Shown here piece after piece: positions 26,258 to 36,431 of a stretch of 53,392 nucleotides of DNA. The notes beneath the pieces were generated by a model. It was not told where the DNA came from. It was given only the letters and a program-made list of their open reading frames with translations, and ran no database searches. Positions within the stretch are counted from its first letter, which is position 1; each line of letters begins with the position of its first letter. Source of the stretch: Candidatus Didemnitutus sp. GTDB lineage: Bacteria; Bacteroidota; Ignavibacteria; Kapaibacteriales; Kapaibacteriaceae. Location of the stretch: contig DATGWS010000268.1 of the NCBI GenBank assembly GCA_035299365.1, positions 1 through 53,392 of the forward strand, read 5' to 3'. Position numbers and translations under genes: made by a program.

Positions 26258-27202
26258 CCAGGGTGTCCACGACACGGCCAACGCCGGCGCTACATTTGGA
26301 CCGGGCAGGAGTGTAAGCCCAAAGTCGAACGTCATTGCAGTGTTGCACTGGCGGAGTCCAAGGAACAACGCGCTTTGAGATGGCCGTGTGAGATCTGCGT
26401 TCCACAACTCACCTAAGAAATGCAGGTCATGCATCTCAGGGAATCGCACGTCCATCATAAAGGCAACGCCGATGGTACCGTTGGCGTAGGGGAACGTAAA
26501 GGGATCAAAAAGAGTACCGCCACTCACAACGTAGGACTCCTTGCCGGCAACCTTGGCATGAATCATTGTGCTGATGCGCGTGCGTTTACCAGTGAATGTG
26601 GCAACGCCGTAGATGTGACCCATGAAGTTCACATCGTTGATCCACGAGCCGTTTACGCCAAAGGCATAGATCTGCTTGCCCCCTTCCACCAATCCATTCT
26701 TGCCCTCATACACAGTGCCCTTGATGTTCACGGTGCTGAATTGGTTCTGCCATCCAATGCCGGGCACAACTGTTCGCCCGCCGGTGATGCTCATGAAGTT
26801 TGCAATTCCTACGCCAAGAGTTGGCATCACACCTTCTACGAGCGCGATATAGTGGTCGCTCTTGATAGCCTCGGCTGTAGGCAGGATCAAACCTCTGTTG
26901 CGTGCACGATACGATTCTTCCAACAAGCCGATCCATGAGATTTCTGCTGCATAGATCTTCGCTCTACCAAACGGAGTCTTGATGCGGATATAAGCGCCAA
27001 CGGAATCAGATGCTGTTTCGCTTACTGGACCCGAAACCACATCGCCGTTCACAAGACGTACGTAGTAGTCTAACTCGGTATCAAACTCATACTGCTCAAG
27101 TGCGTCGTCTGACATGCCCTGCTGTGCCGTGAGTGGTGGTGCACCTACAAGTGTGCATACCAGCACGATACATCCGAGTATGAGTTTGTGCAGGGGGCTC
27201 AT
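26255..27202 (-). CDS. Hypothetical secreted protein
   Basis: The ATG at 27202 gives the signal peptide MSPLHKLILGCIVLVCTLVGAPPLTAQQ. The start overlaps the rlmN stop in an ATGA arrangement. Confidence 0.55.
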   Translation of the reverse strand: MSPLHKLILGCIVLVCTLVGAPPLTAQQGMSDDALEQYEFDTELDYYVRLVNGDVVSGPVSETASDSVGAYIRIKTPFGRAKIYAAEISWIGLLEESYRARNRGLILPTAEAIKSDHYIALVEGVMPTLGVGIANFMSITGGRTVVPGIGWQNQFSTVNIKGTVYEGKNGLVEGGKQIYAFGVNGSWINDVNFMGHIYGVATFTGKRTRISTMIHAKVAGKESYVVSGGTLFDPFTFPYANGTIGVAFMMDVRFPEMHDLHFLGELWNADLTRPSQSALFLGLRQCNTAMTFDFGLTLLPGPNVAPALAVSWTPW

Positions 27203-28308
27203 TGGCCCGCCCCTTCTTGAGAGAATGCGAGCTGACCGCATGCTGCGTCGATGTCGAGTCCGGCAGACGAACGTACATTCACTTGGACATCTTCTGCACG
27301 TAGACTATCGGCAAACCATTGAAATTGCTCCGGTGTAGACGGCTTGAGCGACATATCAAACCCTTCCGGGAGTGCGAAGTCGATCTCATGGAAGGGGATC
27401 AAATTCACACGTGTTGGCATCCGTCTTGCCAGCTTACCCAACCGCTTCACATCGGCAAGGCTGTCATTGATCCCATTGAAGAGAATGTACTCATAGGTCA
27501 CAGACTTGCGTGTCTTCCGATAGTAGTACTCAAGTGCCTCGATCAATTCCGGCAGTTGATGTTTCTTTGCAATAGGCATGAGTTCTGCGCGCACATCCTG
27601 CACCGTTGCGTGCAAGGACACGGCGAGCTTGATGATCTGACCTTCGTCGGCCATACGCACGATCCCAGGCACAACACCTGCCGTAGAGATGGTTACGCGA
27701 CGAGGCGCTACCATCTTTGTTCGCTGATCCGTAAAGATCTGTGTTGCACGCATCACTTCATCATAGTTATTCATCGGCTCACCCATCCCCATGAACACAA
27801 TGTTCGTGATGGGCTTGGTAGAGAATTTTTGCGCTTGGAGAAATTGATCTACGATCTCACCCGACGTGAGATTACGCGCCAATTTTAGCGACGCTGTGGC
27901 ACAGAACACACATCCAAGATTACATCCTACTTGAGTAGAGACACAGAGCGTAAGTCTTCGAGGGTGCTCACCATCCGGTACCATCTCACTTGGGATAAGT
28001 ACACTTTCAACTGCTCGCCCATCCCAAAGCTCAAAGAGAAACTTCTTTGTTCCATCAGCAGACTCTTGCACGGTCTGCAGCTTCACACTTTGCGTACGAT
28101 ACTCAGATCCAAGTTTCTCACGCAACGCATGCGGCAATAGCGCCATCTCCTGCACAGTGTCCAGCCGCTGGATGTAGATACCATCGTAGACCTGCTGCGC
28201 ACGATACTTGCGCTCGCCCGCATCCACGAACATCTTCTCAAGCTCACCTAGGGGATGCCCCTTGAGCTCAATCGGTCCGTCCACTATGTCCCGCTTTGCT
28301 TTTGCCAT
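27199..28308 (-). CDS. rlmN: 23S rRNA/tRNA adenine-C2 methyltransferase, radical SAM
   Basis: It has the CxxxCxxC cluster GCNLGCVFCATA, GMGEP and the C-terminal DIDAACGQL. Confidence 0.9.
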   Translation of the reverse strand: MAKAKRDIVDGPIELKGHPLGELEKMFVDAGERKYRAQQVYDGIYIQRLDTVQEMALLPHALREKLGSEYRTQSVKLQTVQESADGTKKFLFELWDGRAVESVLIPSEMVPDGEHPRRLTLCVSTQVGCNLGCVFCATASLKLARNLTSGEIVDQFLQAQKFSTKPITNIVFMGMGEPMNNYDEVMRATQIFTDQRTKMVAPRRVTISTAGVVPGIVRMADEGQIIKLAVSLHATVQDVRAELMPIAKKHQLPELIEALEYYYRKTRKSVTYEYILFNGINDSLADVKRLGKLARRMPTRVNLIPFHEIDFALPEGFDMSLKPSTPEQFQWFADSLRAEDVQVNVRSSAGLDIDAACGQLAFSQEGAGQ

Positions 28309-28333
28309 TGTTCTTCCTCTTCACAATTTCACT

Positions 28334-29467
28334 CTAGCACATTAGCACACTAGCACATTGCACGGCCACATTCGACGAAATCGCTACACCCATTCCATTG
28401 CATCCAAAGGCTACCACACAGTGCGGTGAGACGTTCCCAACATACGGTTGTTTTGTTGCCGTAAACGCCATCGTACCCGCCCAGCGGTGCTCGATCTCCA
28501 GTTCCGGATGGTTTGGCAGGATCACCGTGCGAAGCATGTTCTCCAACACCGCCTGAATATGCTCCGTTGTCTGGTGCGACGTAGTGCGTTCCCCTTCAAA
28601 GTCCAGGTTCCGCCCGCCCCCTAACAACACCCTGTTTCCAACCGATCGGAAGTAGTAATAGCCCTCATCGGCATGAAAGGATCCCTTGAGTTTTAGGTTG
28701 GTAAGGGGCTTGGTGACGATTACTTGACCTCTTCCGGGGAGGATCTCAGGTAGAGTTGCAGCGGGAACGAGACTCGGAATCATTGCGTTGGTGGCAACTA
28801 CTGTTTGTCGGGCAGTAATCACAATATCCTGATGAGCAGTGCGAACATCAAGTTCTACAGTCGTATCAGTATCACGTATGGACACAACCTCTGCGCCGGT
28901 TCGAATGTGCACACCGGCACGAGTAGCCAAGTCCCACAAGGCACTGATCAGTTTGCCGGAATGCAGCGTTCCCTCAAAGGGAGTGAACATCAACGTAGAG
29001 ACTGCCGGGGTTAGACCATACGCTGCAATGAGGTCATTACGTTGTGTGAACGCAGCACAACCAAAAATTGGAGCAAGCAGATCATTCACTTCTTCTAGAC
29101 GAGAGAGCGACGGATGATCTTCGAGGAAGATCTCCGAGCCACCATCCTCAGTATACCCAACATCATAACCAGAGCACCGTTCTCGTAGGAGTGTAAGTCC
29201 ATCAAGACGTTGTTGCACGAGGTTGCGTGCGGCATCGGTGCCCATGAGGTCGATGTCCGAGGCGATCTCGCTCAACGAACCTACACAGGCAAAGCCTGCA
29301 TTGCGCGTTGAAGCTCCTGTAGGCAGCAGATTGCGCTCTAAAAGCAGAACGCGCCACTCGGGGTGGCGCGTTGCACATTCAATTGCTGTGTTGACTCCGA
29401 TGATACCGCCGCCGATGATAACTACGTCATACGTCAGCCACGATTCATGTTCCCAAAAACTTCTCAT
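28334..29467 (-). CDS. FAD-dependent oxidoreductase (DAO family)
   Basis: N-terminal dinucleotide fold YDVVIIGGGIIGVNTA, with length and pattern typical of the DAO family. Confidence 0.8.
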   Translation of the reverse strand: MRSFWEHESWLTYDVVIIGGGIIGVNTAIECATRHPEWRVLLLERNLLPTGASTRNAGFACVGSLSEIASDIDLMGTDAARNLVQQRLDGLTLLRERCSGYDVGYTEDGGSEIFLEDHPSLSRLEEVNDLLAPIFGCAAFTQRNDLIAAYGLTPAVSTLMFTPFEGTLHSGKLISALWDLATRAGVHIRTGAEVVSIRDTDTTVELDVRTAHQDIVITARQTVVATNAMIPSLVPAATLPEILPGRGQVIVTKPLTNLKLKGSFHADEGYYYFRSVGNRVLLGGGRNLDFEGERTTSHQTTEHIQAVLENMLRTVILPNHPELEIEHRWAGTMAFTATKQPYVGNVSPHCVVAFGCNGMGVAISSNVAVQCASVLMC

Positions 29468-29476
29468 GCGTATGTG

Positions 29477-30136
29477 TTACTGTGGGTTTGTTGGGCGCAC
29501 ACGCGAAGGGCTTCGGGTTTTGAAGACTGCGCTATGCAAGGTGAGTGTTTCACCAACAAGCGTTGGACTTGCAATGTTGAAGCCGGGTGGAAACGGTTGA
29601 GCAATGGAAGGTGTGAATCCACGTGGGAACATAGCCTTGAGCTTACCATTGACATATCCACTGTAGCCAATGATATCCTCACCGTTCTTGCGGACTTCGG
29701 TGATCGTAATGGTTCCACTGACTGGGGCGTAGAGATTTCCGGAAATGCTAACAAATGCGCCTTGATCGCTTGTTGGAACGAAGGTACCAGCTCCAGGAAC
29801 AATCGTAGCAGCAGTAAATGCAAACGATCCAGGACCCGTTGGTAGCGTCTTAAAAACGAGACGAAGTGTAGGCGTGGAATTAATGTTGATGTTAGCTGTG
29901 CTCAAATGAATCTCATTACTGAAGATTGAATCCTTCGGCAACGCCGTTGATGTCATCGTCACCACGGGTCCTTGAACGATCATCTTGCCACTAACTTCAA
30001 CTAGTATGCCCGTCACCGGAGGCGCATCGTAGATGAGGCTCAGTTCTAGTGATGGATGTGGTCCGGTCGGTCCGTCTTCGCAAGACGTCACGAAAAGAGC
30101 AAGAACGCACATCGAAAGTATGGTCATCATCTTCAT
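29477..30136 (-). CDS. Hypothetical lipoprotein
   Basis: The ATG at 30136 gives MKMMTILSMCVLALFVTSCEDG. Confidence 0.55.
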   Translation of the reverse strand: MKMMTILSMCVLALFVTSCEDGPTGPHPSLELSLIYDAPPVTGILVEVSGKMIVQGPVVTMTSTALPKDSIFSNEIHLSTANININSTPTLRLVFKTLPTGPGSFAFTAATIVPGAGTFVPTSDQGAFVSISGNLYAPVSGTITITEVRKNGEDIIGYSGYVNGKLKAMFPRGFTPSIAQPFPPGFNIASPTLVGETLTLHSAVFKTRSPSRVRPTNPQ

Positions 30137-30165
30137 AGTTGTTGCCTTGATTGTTGATGTAAAGA

Positions 30166-30945
30166 TCACAGACCGAGCTTGAACTGATAGCTCAGGCCAA
30201 GATGAACCGAGATCGGCGTGAGATTGATCACGTCTGAGGGAGTAGCACTAGGATCTGCATTACCTACGGCCGTTACTGGGACCCCATTGGTATACATTCC
30301 GTCCTCATAAAGACCAGTTACCCAGTACTTGGCAAGCAGATCGATCGTAAGGATGCCAAGTTTCGAGTTCCAGACGTTGATCGCACCACCCAGGCGAATA
30401 TCAATCGCCATCTTCATCGTGTTCTTATCGACGGTGAATTTGTTATCTGCACGCTCAGGATGCCAGATCTCGCCCTTCATTGGAAGGTTGAAGCCGGCAC
30501 CGAACATTATGCCATAGAGACTTACCTGGGGAGCGATAGAGAAGTACGTGTAACGCTCAATCGTGTACCCCTTCCAATCAGTCTCACTGTCGTAGAACTC
30601 ATAAGGCCTTGTGCGCGTACCAACAGTCGCGATGCCGATATCAAGCCGAGCACCCATCGAAGAGCCCTTTGTGAAAGGGGCAAAGATCATCACACCATAG
30701 TTTTGCATGAACCAAACATCCGGGTTCACCTTACGTCCGTCGGCATTCTCCATAGCGATACCTCCGGAAACGAGGCCCAAGGTGGGGCCTACTCGAAGAA
30801 CATACTGCTCCTTCGGTGGTTCAGCTGGAACAATCAATGTTGTAGAAGGTGGCTCTGTTGAGTCAACGGCATTCACCGAAGACTCCATTGCAAAGGCACT
30901 CACAGCAAAGACCAGACTCGCAAACACGAGAACCATTGATCTCAT
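30166..30945 (-). CDS. Hypothetical outer-membrane beta-barrel protein
   Basis: It has the signal peptide MRSMVLVFASLVFAVSAFA and alternating hydrophobic beta-strand periodicity. Confidence 0.55.
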   Translation of the reverse strand: MRSMVLVFASLVFAVSAFAMESSVNAVDSTEPPSTTLIVPAEPPKEQYVLRVGPTLGLVSGGIAMENADGRKVNPDVWFMQNYGVMIFAPFTKGSSMGARLDIGIATVGTRTRPYEFYDSETDWKGYTIERYTYFSIAPQVSLYGIMFGAGFNLPMKGEIWHPERADNKFTVDKNTMKMAIDIRLGGAINVWNSKLGILTIDLLAKYWVTGLYEDGMYTNGVPVTAVGNADPSATPSDVINLTPISVHLGLSYQFKLGL

Positions 30946-31067
30946 AATCCCTCTCCGTTGATTTAGTACGTATTTTCTCGTAGCCCCTGCAAAAATACGA
31001 TGGAATTGGACCTGTAACGCATATGGGGCTCGGGGTTTCTTCCCATTGTCACTGTGAACGATTGGAC

Positions 31068-31616
31068 ATGACGTATACCCTCCTAACCGATGAAGAGCTG
31101 TTTGCGCTTGTTCGCGACGGCAATGATGAACAGGCCTACAGGACTCTGTTCAAGCGATATGACAAGCGGGTCTACGCCTACTGTTTGCGGGCACTTGGTT
31201 CTCATGACGATGCCCAAGACATGTTTCAAACGATCTCTTTGACGGTCTTTGACAAACGGGCGTCATTCTCTGATGGATCATTCGCAGCATGGTTGTTCAC
31301 GATCGCTCGCAATTTCTGCCTCAAGGCACTGCGAGGACGGAAACATACAACTGAGCTCACCGATGACATCCTTCCGATCGAAGAGGATGAGAGCCGAAGT
31401 CAGGACTTCTTACTCCGACAAGCTCTTCACAAGGCGATCGGTGGTTTGCCTCAAGAATTTCGAGAGGCCTTGGAATTGAAATACTTTGAAGACCTACCGT
31501 ATGAAGACATCGCCAAGGCCCTAGACATCACGGTCTCACTTGCAAAGGTGAGGGTGTTTAGAGCAAAAAAACTGATCCAGCAATCAATGTCCACGATAAT
31601 TGACGAACTACGATGA
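31068..31616 (+). CDS. ECF-type RNA polymerase sigma-70 factor
   Basis: Region 2 reads FKRYDKRVYAYCLRALG..DAQDMFQ and WLFTIARNFCLKALR. Region 4 reads LPQEFREALELKYFEDLPYEDIAKAL. Confidence 0.85.
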   Translation: MTYTLLTDEELFALVRDGNDEQAYRTLFKRYDKRVYAYCLRALGSHDDAQDMFQTISLTVFDKRASFSDGSFAAWLFTIARNFCLKALRGRKHTTELTDDILPIEEDESRSQDFLLRQALHKAIGGLPQEFREALELKYFEDLPYEDIAKALDITVSLAKVRVFRAKKLIQQSMSTIIDELR

Positions 31617-32506
31617 CGAATCAAGAACTACTCGCCGGTTTCCTCGATCGCTCTCTGAGCGAAGATGGCCTTCTCGAGTTCGAAGCACGCAAGACCGCGT
31701 CGCCCGAATTCGCGAGCGAAGTACGTGAAATGCTTGCCGTTGAGGATCTCCTCACTGCTGCTGCCCCTCGCGTACGGTACCCGGTTGAGTTCCTCGCCTC
31801 GGTCGAATCAGCCATTGCCACCAAGGTAGCGGCCGGTGCAACTGCATCAGGATTCTTTGCAAGTCTGGCACAAAGTGCCTGGACGTGGATCGCTGGCGGA
31901 ACGGCAGCGGTGGTGATCGGTGGCGGTGCCATCTATCTCGCCACTACGTCCACCACAGTGCCAATTCCTCCAACACGTGCAACGATCTCAGCGCCGGCTA
32001 CGGTACCTGGCAGCGCACAAACGACGGCAACTCCAAAGCCTTCGACTGTTGTTGCAACTTCTCCGGTGGTTTCGCGCCCGAGCGCAAAGACGCAACAAGC
32101 TCTCGCTCCTACGGAGACAACTCAGAGTAGTGTTGAGCTCAATGCGAACACGTCAGAACCCGACCCAGTAACGAAGCAAATCATTGCGGAATACGAAAAG
32201 TGCAAGGGTTCGAATGATCAGGTGCGTTGCGCACAACTCGCATTACAGATCGGTATCAAACTGCGTAAAGATGATCATGCTTCAGAATCTCGCCAGTACC
32301 TCGAGGCTGCTATCGGACATGCACGAGCACTGAAGCTTGCAGAATTCGAAATGGATGCAAACGGCGAGCTTGGACTGCTTGCTCGCACCGAGGGTGATGA
32401 GCAGCGTGCTGCAGCAGCGTTCCGCCGCGCAATCGACATCGGCCAGGCGCAACAGAAGAATACGCGACGCTGGTCAACAGCTCTTGAGGAACTAGAAAAA
32501 CGATAA
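31613..32506 (+). CDS. Anti-sigma factor (single TM, low-complexity linker, TPR-like C-terminus)
   Basis: ATGA overlap with the sigma gene. It has an N-terminal zinc-finger-less anti-sigma-like helix region and the TM helix WIAGGTAAVVIGGGAIYLA. Confidence 0.6.
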   Translation: MTNQELLAGFLDRSLSEDGLLEFEARKTASPEFASEVREMLAVEDLLTAAAPRVRYPVEFLASVESAIATKVAAGATASGFFASLAQSAWTWIAGGTAAVVIGGGAIYLATTSTTVPIPPTRATISAPATVPGSAQTTATPKPSTVVATSPVVSRPSAKTQQALAPTETTQSSVELNANTSEPDPVTKQIIAEYEKCKGSNDQVRCAQLALQIGIKLRKDDHASESRQYLEAAIGHARALKLAEFEMDANGELGLLARTEGDEQRAAAAFRRAIDIGQAQQKNTRRWSTALEELEKR

Positions 32507-32546
32507 ATGCCCTGTTATGTGTGTTCCAAGGACGGCGCCCGGATCC

Positions 32547-34565
32547 CTACGGTCGCCGTTCTGCTTTTATGTAAAGCTCTGCGCGCTGGTAAAAGTCTTT
32601 TTCTGGACCAATAAGTCCGCGACGGAACCACACATCTGCATTTACAGCCTTGCGCGAAACAGGTGCAGAGGATTGCAGATACTCTGCTTCATCATTCGGC
32701 GCAGCAGGATAGAATTCAATGGATGTAAAGGCAGGAGCCCCATAGAAGAGCTCTGCATCGGGCGTTGCTAGGAAGTCAGGGGGCAATACCCGAAGTACTT
32801 CAACACGTGTGGATGGTACACCGGTTGCATCTGTCACAGACTGTGAACGAACAACAACCCTGCCTGGCTCACTCTTTGTAGTAGCACCCTCTTTGTCCTG
32901 AAGCTTCAGCTCTACGAGAATCTGCTGCGATAACACGGCATCAGTCTCGAGGTTATCGTTCATGTTCCAAAGGATGGACTGAGGAACAGCTCCAGTATCG
33001 GCAAAGGTGCGCACTGCACGTCCGGATTGGAACATCAACACAGACCACTTTTCTATGCCCGCTTCACTCACAACATCGGGCATTACTCGCACACTTGGAA
33101 GCCGTGTCTCATTCTGAATGTTGGTGGCAGAAAGTGGTCTCACCAACAAACGACTTGGTTCAACAAACATCACCCACGCTGGTTGTGATGCTTGTCCGCG
33201 TTTGACTTCAACTGAGAGTCTGCGTGCGGATACATTGAAGGTCTCTGTGAGATAGGCTCGAACGGCTTCGCACCTACGTTCTGCTAGCCCCCTACCCTGA
33301 TCCGTACCATCGTCATAGGTAAGCAGGGTTACGGTTGCCGATGGATTCACCCGCAAGCGAAATCCAATGATATTGAGAACGTTGTATTGCCAATGTGTTG
33401 CAGCGTCTACAAGTGCAGATGTTTCCTTCCAGGTATTGGCAGCAGCAGCGGAAAGCTGTACATATCGAGCTGGTAGTGTTGAAGACGTATCATCGAAGAT
33501 AACGAGCGGCATAAAGGGCACCGTCCGTTCCAGTCGCACACGCTGAGCACTTAGTCGTGCATCTTCGCTTACCGTTCCATCATCGTGGACAAATGACAAT
33601 CGCAATGATCCACGAAGGACAGAAGGGGGCTTTGGTAACAACGTGCGATAACTCTCGCGTACTGTTACGCGAACAACAGAGCCATCAATAAGAGAATCCG
33701 TTACTGTTGATGCAAGGGAGGTAACTGGCTCGCGAACTTGGGCACTGAGATCTACAGTTGTATCTCGAATAACAGTTACGAGACGTTCTCGAACCGGTAT
33801 CACTTCCGACGTTTCGATGTTGGTTGTTGCTCCAAGTATGTAACGAACACCAACACCAATGGTGAGACTCTGCGCCGTGAACGCACCATCAGCATTGATA
33901 GAGTTGAACATACTTGTAAAGCCAACGTGCGGAACGAGGAAGAGATTCTCTGCAGAGCTGAGCGGGAGTTTTCCTTCGGCACCGAAGCTTACACCAAAGA
34001 TCGTTGAGGTGTTGGGAATTTGACCCTCACCCGACACTTGTTCTATTGACCCGTCTACAAAGGGCAACCCCTCGGGATCGGTGAACCGAACCGTTTGCAT
34101 GTAGTCTGTAGAAAGCGCAAACGATACCGGGATGCCAACTCGAAGGCTGAGCCATGAAAGTGGTTCGAACCTCAAATACGGCTGAATCTCAAAAACCGTG
34201 AATGTGCCACGAAGTTCGTGGGCCAAGGACGCACGGTATATCCCTCCATCTTCGGTAGCAATGGGAACCGTCTCTCCTGCCTGATACGTAAGCGACGCAT
34301 ATGCTAGGTTGAGACGCAAGCCCCCTCGCAACTCGTTCACAACAGGTAGGTCTGCACCCACACCAAACCACCAACCTAGTGATCCACTTGTTGGTTCAAA
34401 CGTGAGTTGTCCTGGCGAAGATATCCCAGGCACCGAGAGGAAAGTGCCGCTTGGAGCCACAACACTAACGCCTGCAAGCGCATCGAATGCAAGAGGAAGT
34501 GGTGCTTCCTGTGCAGCAATTCGAACCGTGGCTATGGTGAGGAGGACAAAAAGGAACCGTGGCAT
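32547..34565 (-). CDS. Large outer-membrane protein with an OmpA-like peptidoglycan-binding segment
   Basis: It has a signal peptide and an N-terminal beta-barrel-like half. The segment LTYDDGTDQGRGLAERRCEAVRAYL..RRLSVE resembles the OmpA_C motif. Confidence 0.6.
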   Translation of the reverse strand: MPRFLFVLLTIATVRIAAQEAPLPLAFDALAGVSVVAPSGTFLSVPGISSPGQLTFEPTSGSLGWWFGVGADLPVVNELRGGLRLNLAYASLTYQAGETVPIATEDGGIYRASLAHELRGTFTVFEIQPYLRFEPLSWLSLRVGIPVSFALSTDYMQTVRFTDPEGLPFVDGSIEQVSGEGQIPNTSTIFGVSFGAEGKLPLSSAENLFLVPHVGFTSMFNSINADGAFTAQSLTIGVGVRYILGATTNIETSEVIPVRERLVTVIRDTTVDLSAQVREPVTSLASTVTDSLIDGSVVRVTVRESYRTLLPKPPSVLRGSLRLSFVHDDGTVSEDARLSAQRVRLERTVPFMPLVIFDDTSSTLPARYVQLSAAAANTWKETSALVDAATHWQYNVLNIIGFRLRVNPSATVTLLTYDDGTDQGRGLAERRCEAVRAYLTETFNVSARRLSVEVKRGQASQPAWVMFVEPSRLLVRPLSATNIQNETRLPSVRVMPDVVSEAGIEKWSVLMFQSGRAVRTFADTGAVPQSILWNMNDNLETDAVLSQQILVELKLQDKEGATTKSEPGRVVVRSQSVTDATGVPSTRVEVLRVLPPDFLATPDAELFYGAPAFTSIEFYPAAPNDEAEYLQSSAPVSRKAVNADVWFRRGLIGPEKDFYQRAELYIKAERRP

Positions 34566-34580
34566 CGGTGCAAAATAGGT

Positions 34581-36332
34581 CTACTGCACCACGAATAAGC
34601 GAACAACACTATTGATCGTGTTCCCCGCAGCCCCCTCAACCACTAGTCGGGCATAATACGAGCCGGCCGGAAGAGCTATATCTGCCGCACCGGAAGAACT
34701 AATTGAAAACTCTCGGATACCTGACCGGAGTTTTGTGGTAAGGTCTACACGGACCTGTCCAAGTGCATCAATTACATCCAGTCGCCCATTCTGTGCCGGG
34801 ACATTTGCAATCCTCAGAGTCGATTGCGAAACAACCGGATTAGGGTCCACATCCGCCACAAGCGTCCCCTGCATCGGGTTCACATATCGCGGACGTCCAT
34901 CCTGATATCTCCAGACATTGGTAACGAGTACCACGGATGAATGTGGTTCTACGGGCCTAATTCCATTGTTCGTTGTGATGGAGGCTTCGGTGATGGTAAG
35001 GGGCGTGCGGTCCGCATCACCCAGGACAATTACACCACGAGCCTGACCTATCACCTGTCCGCTGCTTCCGATAAGCACGGAACCATTAAGCCCCGTCTTA
35101 CCCACTTTGAGGATGGACCTATCATCAATCACATCACGTTGTTGGCCGCTTTGCAAGAGCGCAACGAACATCGTGGGGTTGTAGGTAACGTCGCATACAA
35201 AGGACTGCAAAGAAAGGGGCACATCAATGGGGTCATCTGTGGTAACCACTACGTCAAACGTAGCAGTGTCCCCAATCCGATGGTAGAACGTATCTGCTAC
35301 AAAACCCATCGAAAGGGTAACCGGACGGGGTACCATCGTGAGGTTCACAACAATATTCGTAGAGTCTATGGCATCTCTTCCGGGCAGTGTTCTGCGCAGG
35401 ACAAAGCCATATCGTCCGTCGCCAAAAGTTGTTGGCGCACACGTTACCTCTACCAATATCCGGTTCTCCTTTGTAGGGTTCTTTGTGAGGAGGAGGGCGG
35501 TAGTAACTGTACTCTGTACTTCTTTTGGCTCAATGGCGTACGAAAACTCCTGCGAATGCACCTGTGTACCAAGTTCAACGGCAATTGTATCCTTGCGTAC
35601 TTGACCCACCATCATGTTGGTAAATACTGTAGCCTTCTCTGCGGGCATCCGAACACCATTGCCCATAAAGTAGACAACGATGGTGTCAAGGGGCTTCCCT
35701 GTCTGCCTATGAATCCGAACTAAACCAAGAGAATCAATTCTCCGCCCTACGGTATCTGGCTGGTAAGAGAAGGCAAAGGCCAGTGTGTCACCTAGTTCAG
35801 CAGGAATGCGGTTGAGGAGTTGGAATGGCTCTTCCAATGATCCATCGATCTCCCATCGGGATTCATCAGCCAGATCTTTGCGGATGAAGACCAGCCTTCG
35901 ATTAGAGTCACCGATAAGCACGTTCCCAAATTCGATCTTCTCATCACGAACCAATCGGAAGGCTGTGCCAAAGAGTCGGAGCCGGATCTGGTCATTAGGG
36001 GGCGGAACAGCCGGACGTCTCTCGAGAATGATCTCGTCACGGTAATCCTTTGGATCGAGAGGAGCAAACTCAACACGTATCCGAATCTCGCCGTCGGATA
36101 TCATCAGATCCTGGGGTTTGGTCTTCATCGTGTACGGTGAGCGACAAGAATCCACAACGACAAAACCACCGGTGCCCACAAGCCCGCCAATCCGCACCTC
36201 AAGCTCCTTCCGCGTACCTATAGGCATCGGCGGGAAGTTCATGGACTCATTGATGACCCTAACCGGCTGCGCCTCTACAAGGGCCGGAAGGGCGCTCAGA
36301 ATCAAGAATAGAATGATGATGTGTTTTTGCAT
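34581..36332 (-). CDS. Secreted protein with T9SS C-terminal sorting domain
   Basis: It has a signal peptide. The C-terminus reads VDPNPVVSQSTLRI...LPAGSYYARLV...RLFVVQ. Confidence 0.65.
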   Translation of the reverse strand: MQKHIIILFLILSALPALVEAQPVRVINESMNFPPMPIGTRKELEVRIGGLVGTGGFVVVDSCRSPYTMKTKPQDLMISDGEIRIRVEFAPLDPKDYRDEIILERRPAVPPPNDQIRLRLFGTAFRLVRDEKIEFGNVLIGDSNRRLVFIRKDLADESRWEIDGSLEEPFQLLNRIPAELGDTLAFAFSYQPDTVGRRIDSLGLVRIHRQTGKPLDTIVVYFMGNGVRMPAEKATVFTNMMVGQVRKDTIAVELGTQVHSQEFSYAIEPKEVQSTVTTALLLTKNPTKENRILVEVTCAPTTFGDGRYGFVLRRTLPGRDAIDSTNIVVNLTMVPRPVTLSMGFVADTFYHRIGDTATFDVVVTTDDPIDVPLSLQSFVCDVTYNPTMFVALLQSGQQRDVIDDRSILKVGKTGLNGSVLIGSSGQVIGQARGVIVLGDADRTPLTITEASITTNNGIRPVEPHSSVVLVTNVWRYQDGRPRYVNPMQGTLVADVDPNPVVSQSTLRIANVPAQNGRLDVIDALGQVRVDLTTKLRSGIREFSISSSGAADIALPAGSYYARLVVEGAAGNTINSVVRLFVVQ

Positions 36333-36368
36333 GGTGGGCGTGGAGGAGAAACCCGTGAGGGAGAGACA

Positions 36369-36431
36369 AGTTACTAGTTACTAGTTACGAGTTACGAGTT
36401 ACTGGTTACGAGTTACGAGTTACCAGTTACT
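36369..36431. repeat. Heptanucleotide tandem array, 9 x AGTTACK (second family)
   Basis: The units are AGTTACT x2, AGTTACG x2, AGTTACT, GGTTACG, AGTTACG, AGTTACC and AGTTACT. The last unit contains the ftsI stop codon (TAA at 36429..36427, minus strand). Confidence 0.95.

Noticed and set aside
30970-31067. ECF-type promoter (GGAAC...CGT) upstream of the sigma factor gene
   Set aside because: A GGAAT at about 31003 is followed by CG after only about 11 nt, which is the wrong spacing for an ECF -35/-10 pair. No convincing match was found.
32531-32565. Hairpin ACGGCG-16 nt-CGCCGT after the anti-sigma gene as a terminator
   Set aside because: The stem is only 6 bp, there is no T-tract, and the 3' arm lies within the last codons of the convergent OmpA-like gene. 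The evidence is too weak to call.
34941-35723. 260-aa plus-strand ORF inside the T9SS cargo gene
   Set aside because: It is antisense to a 583-aa gene that has a signal peptide and a CTD. It has odd composition (Cys/His/Arg rich) and no start context.
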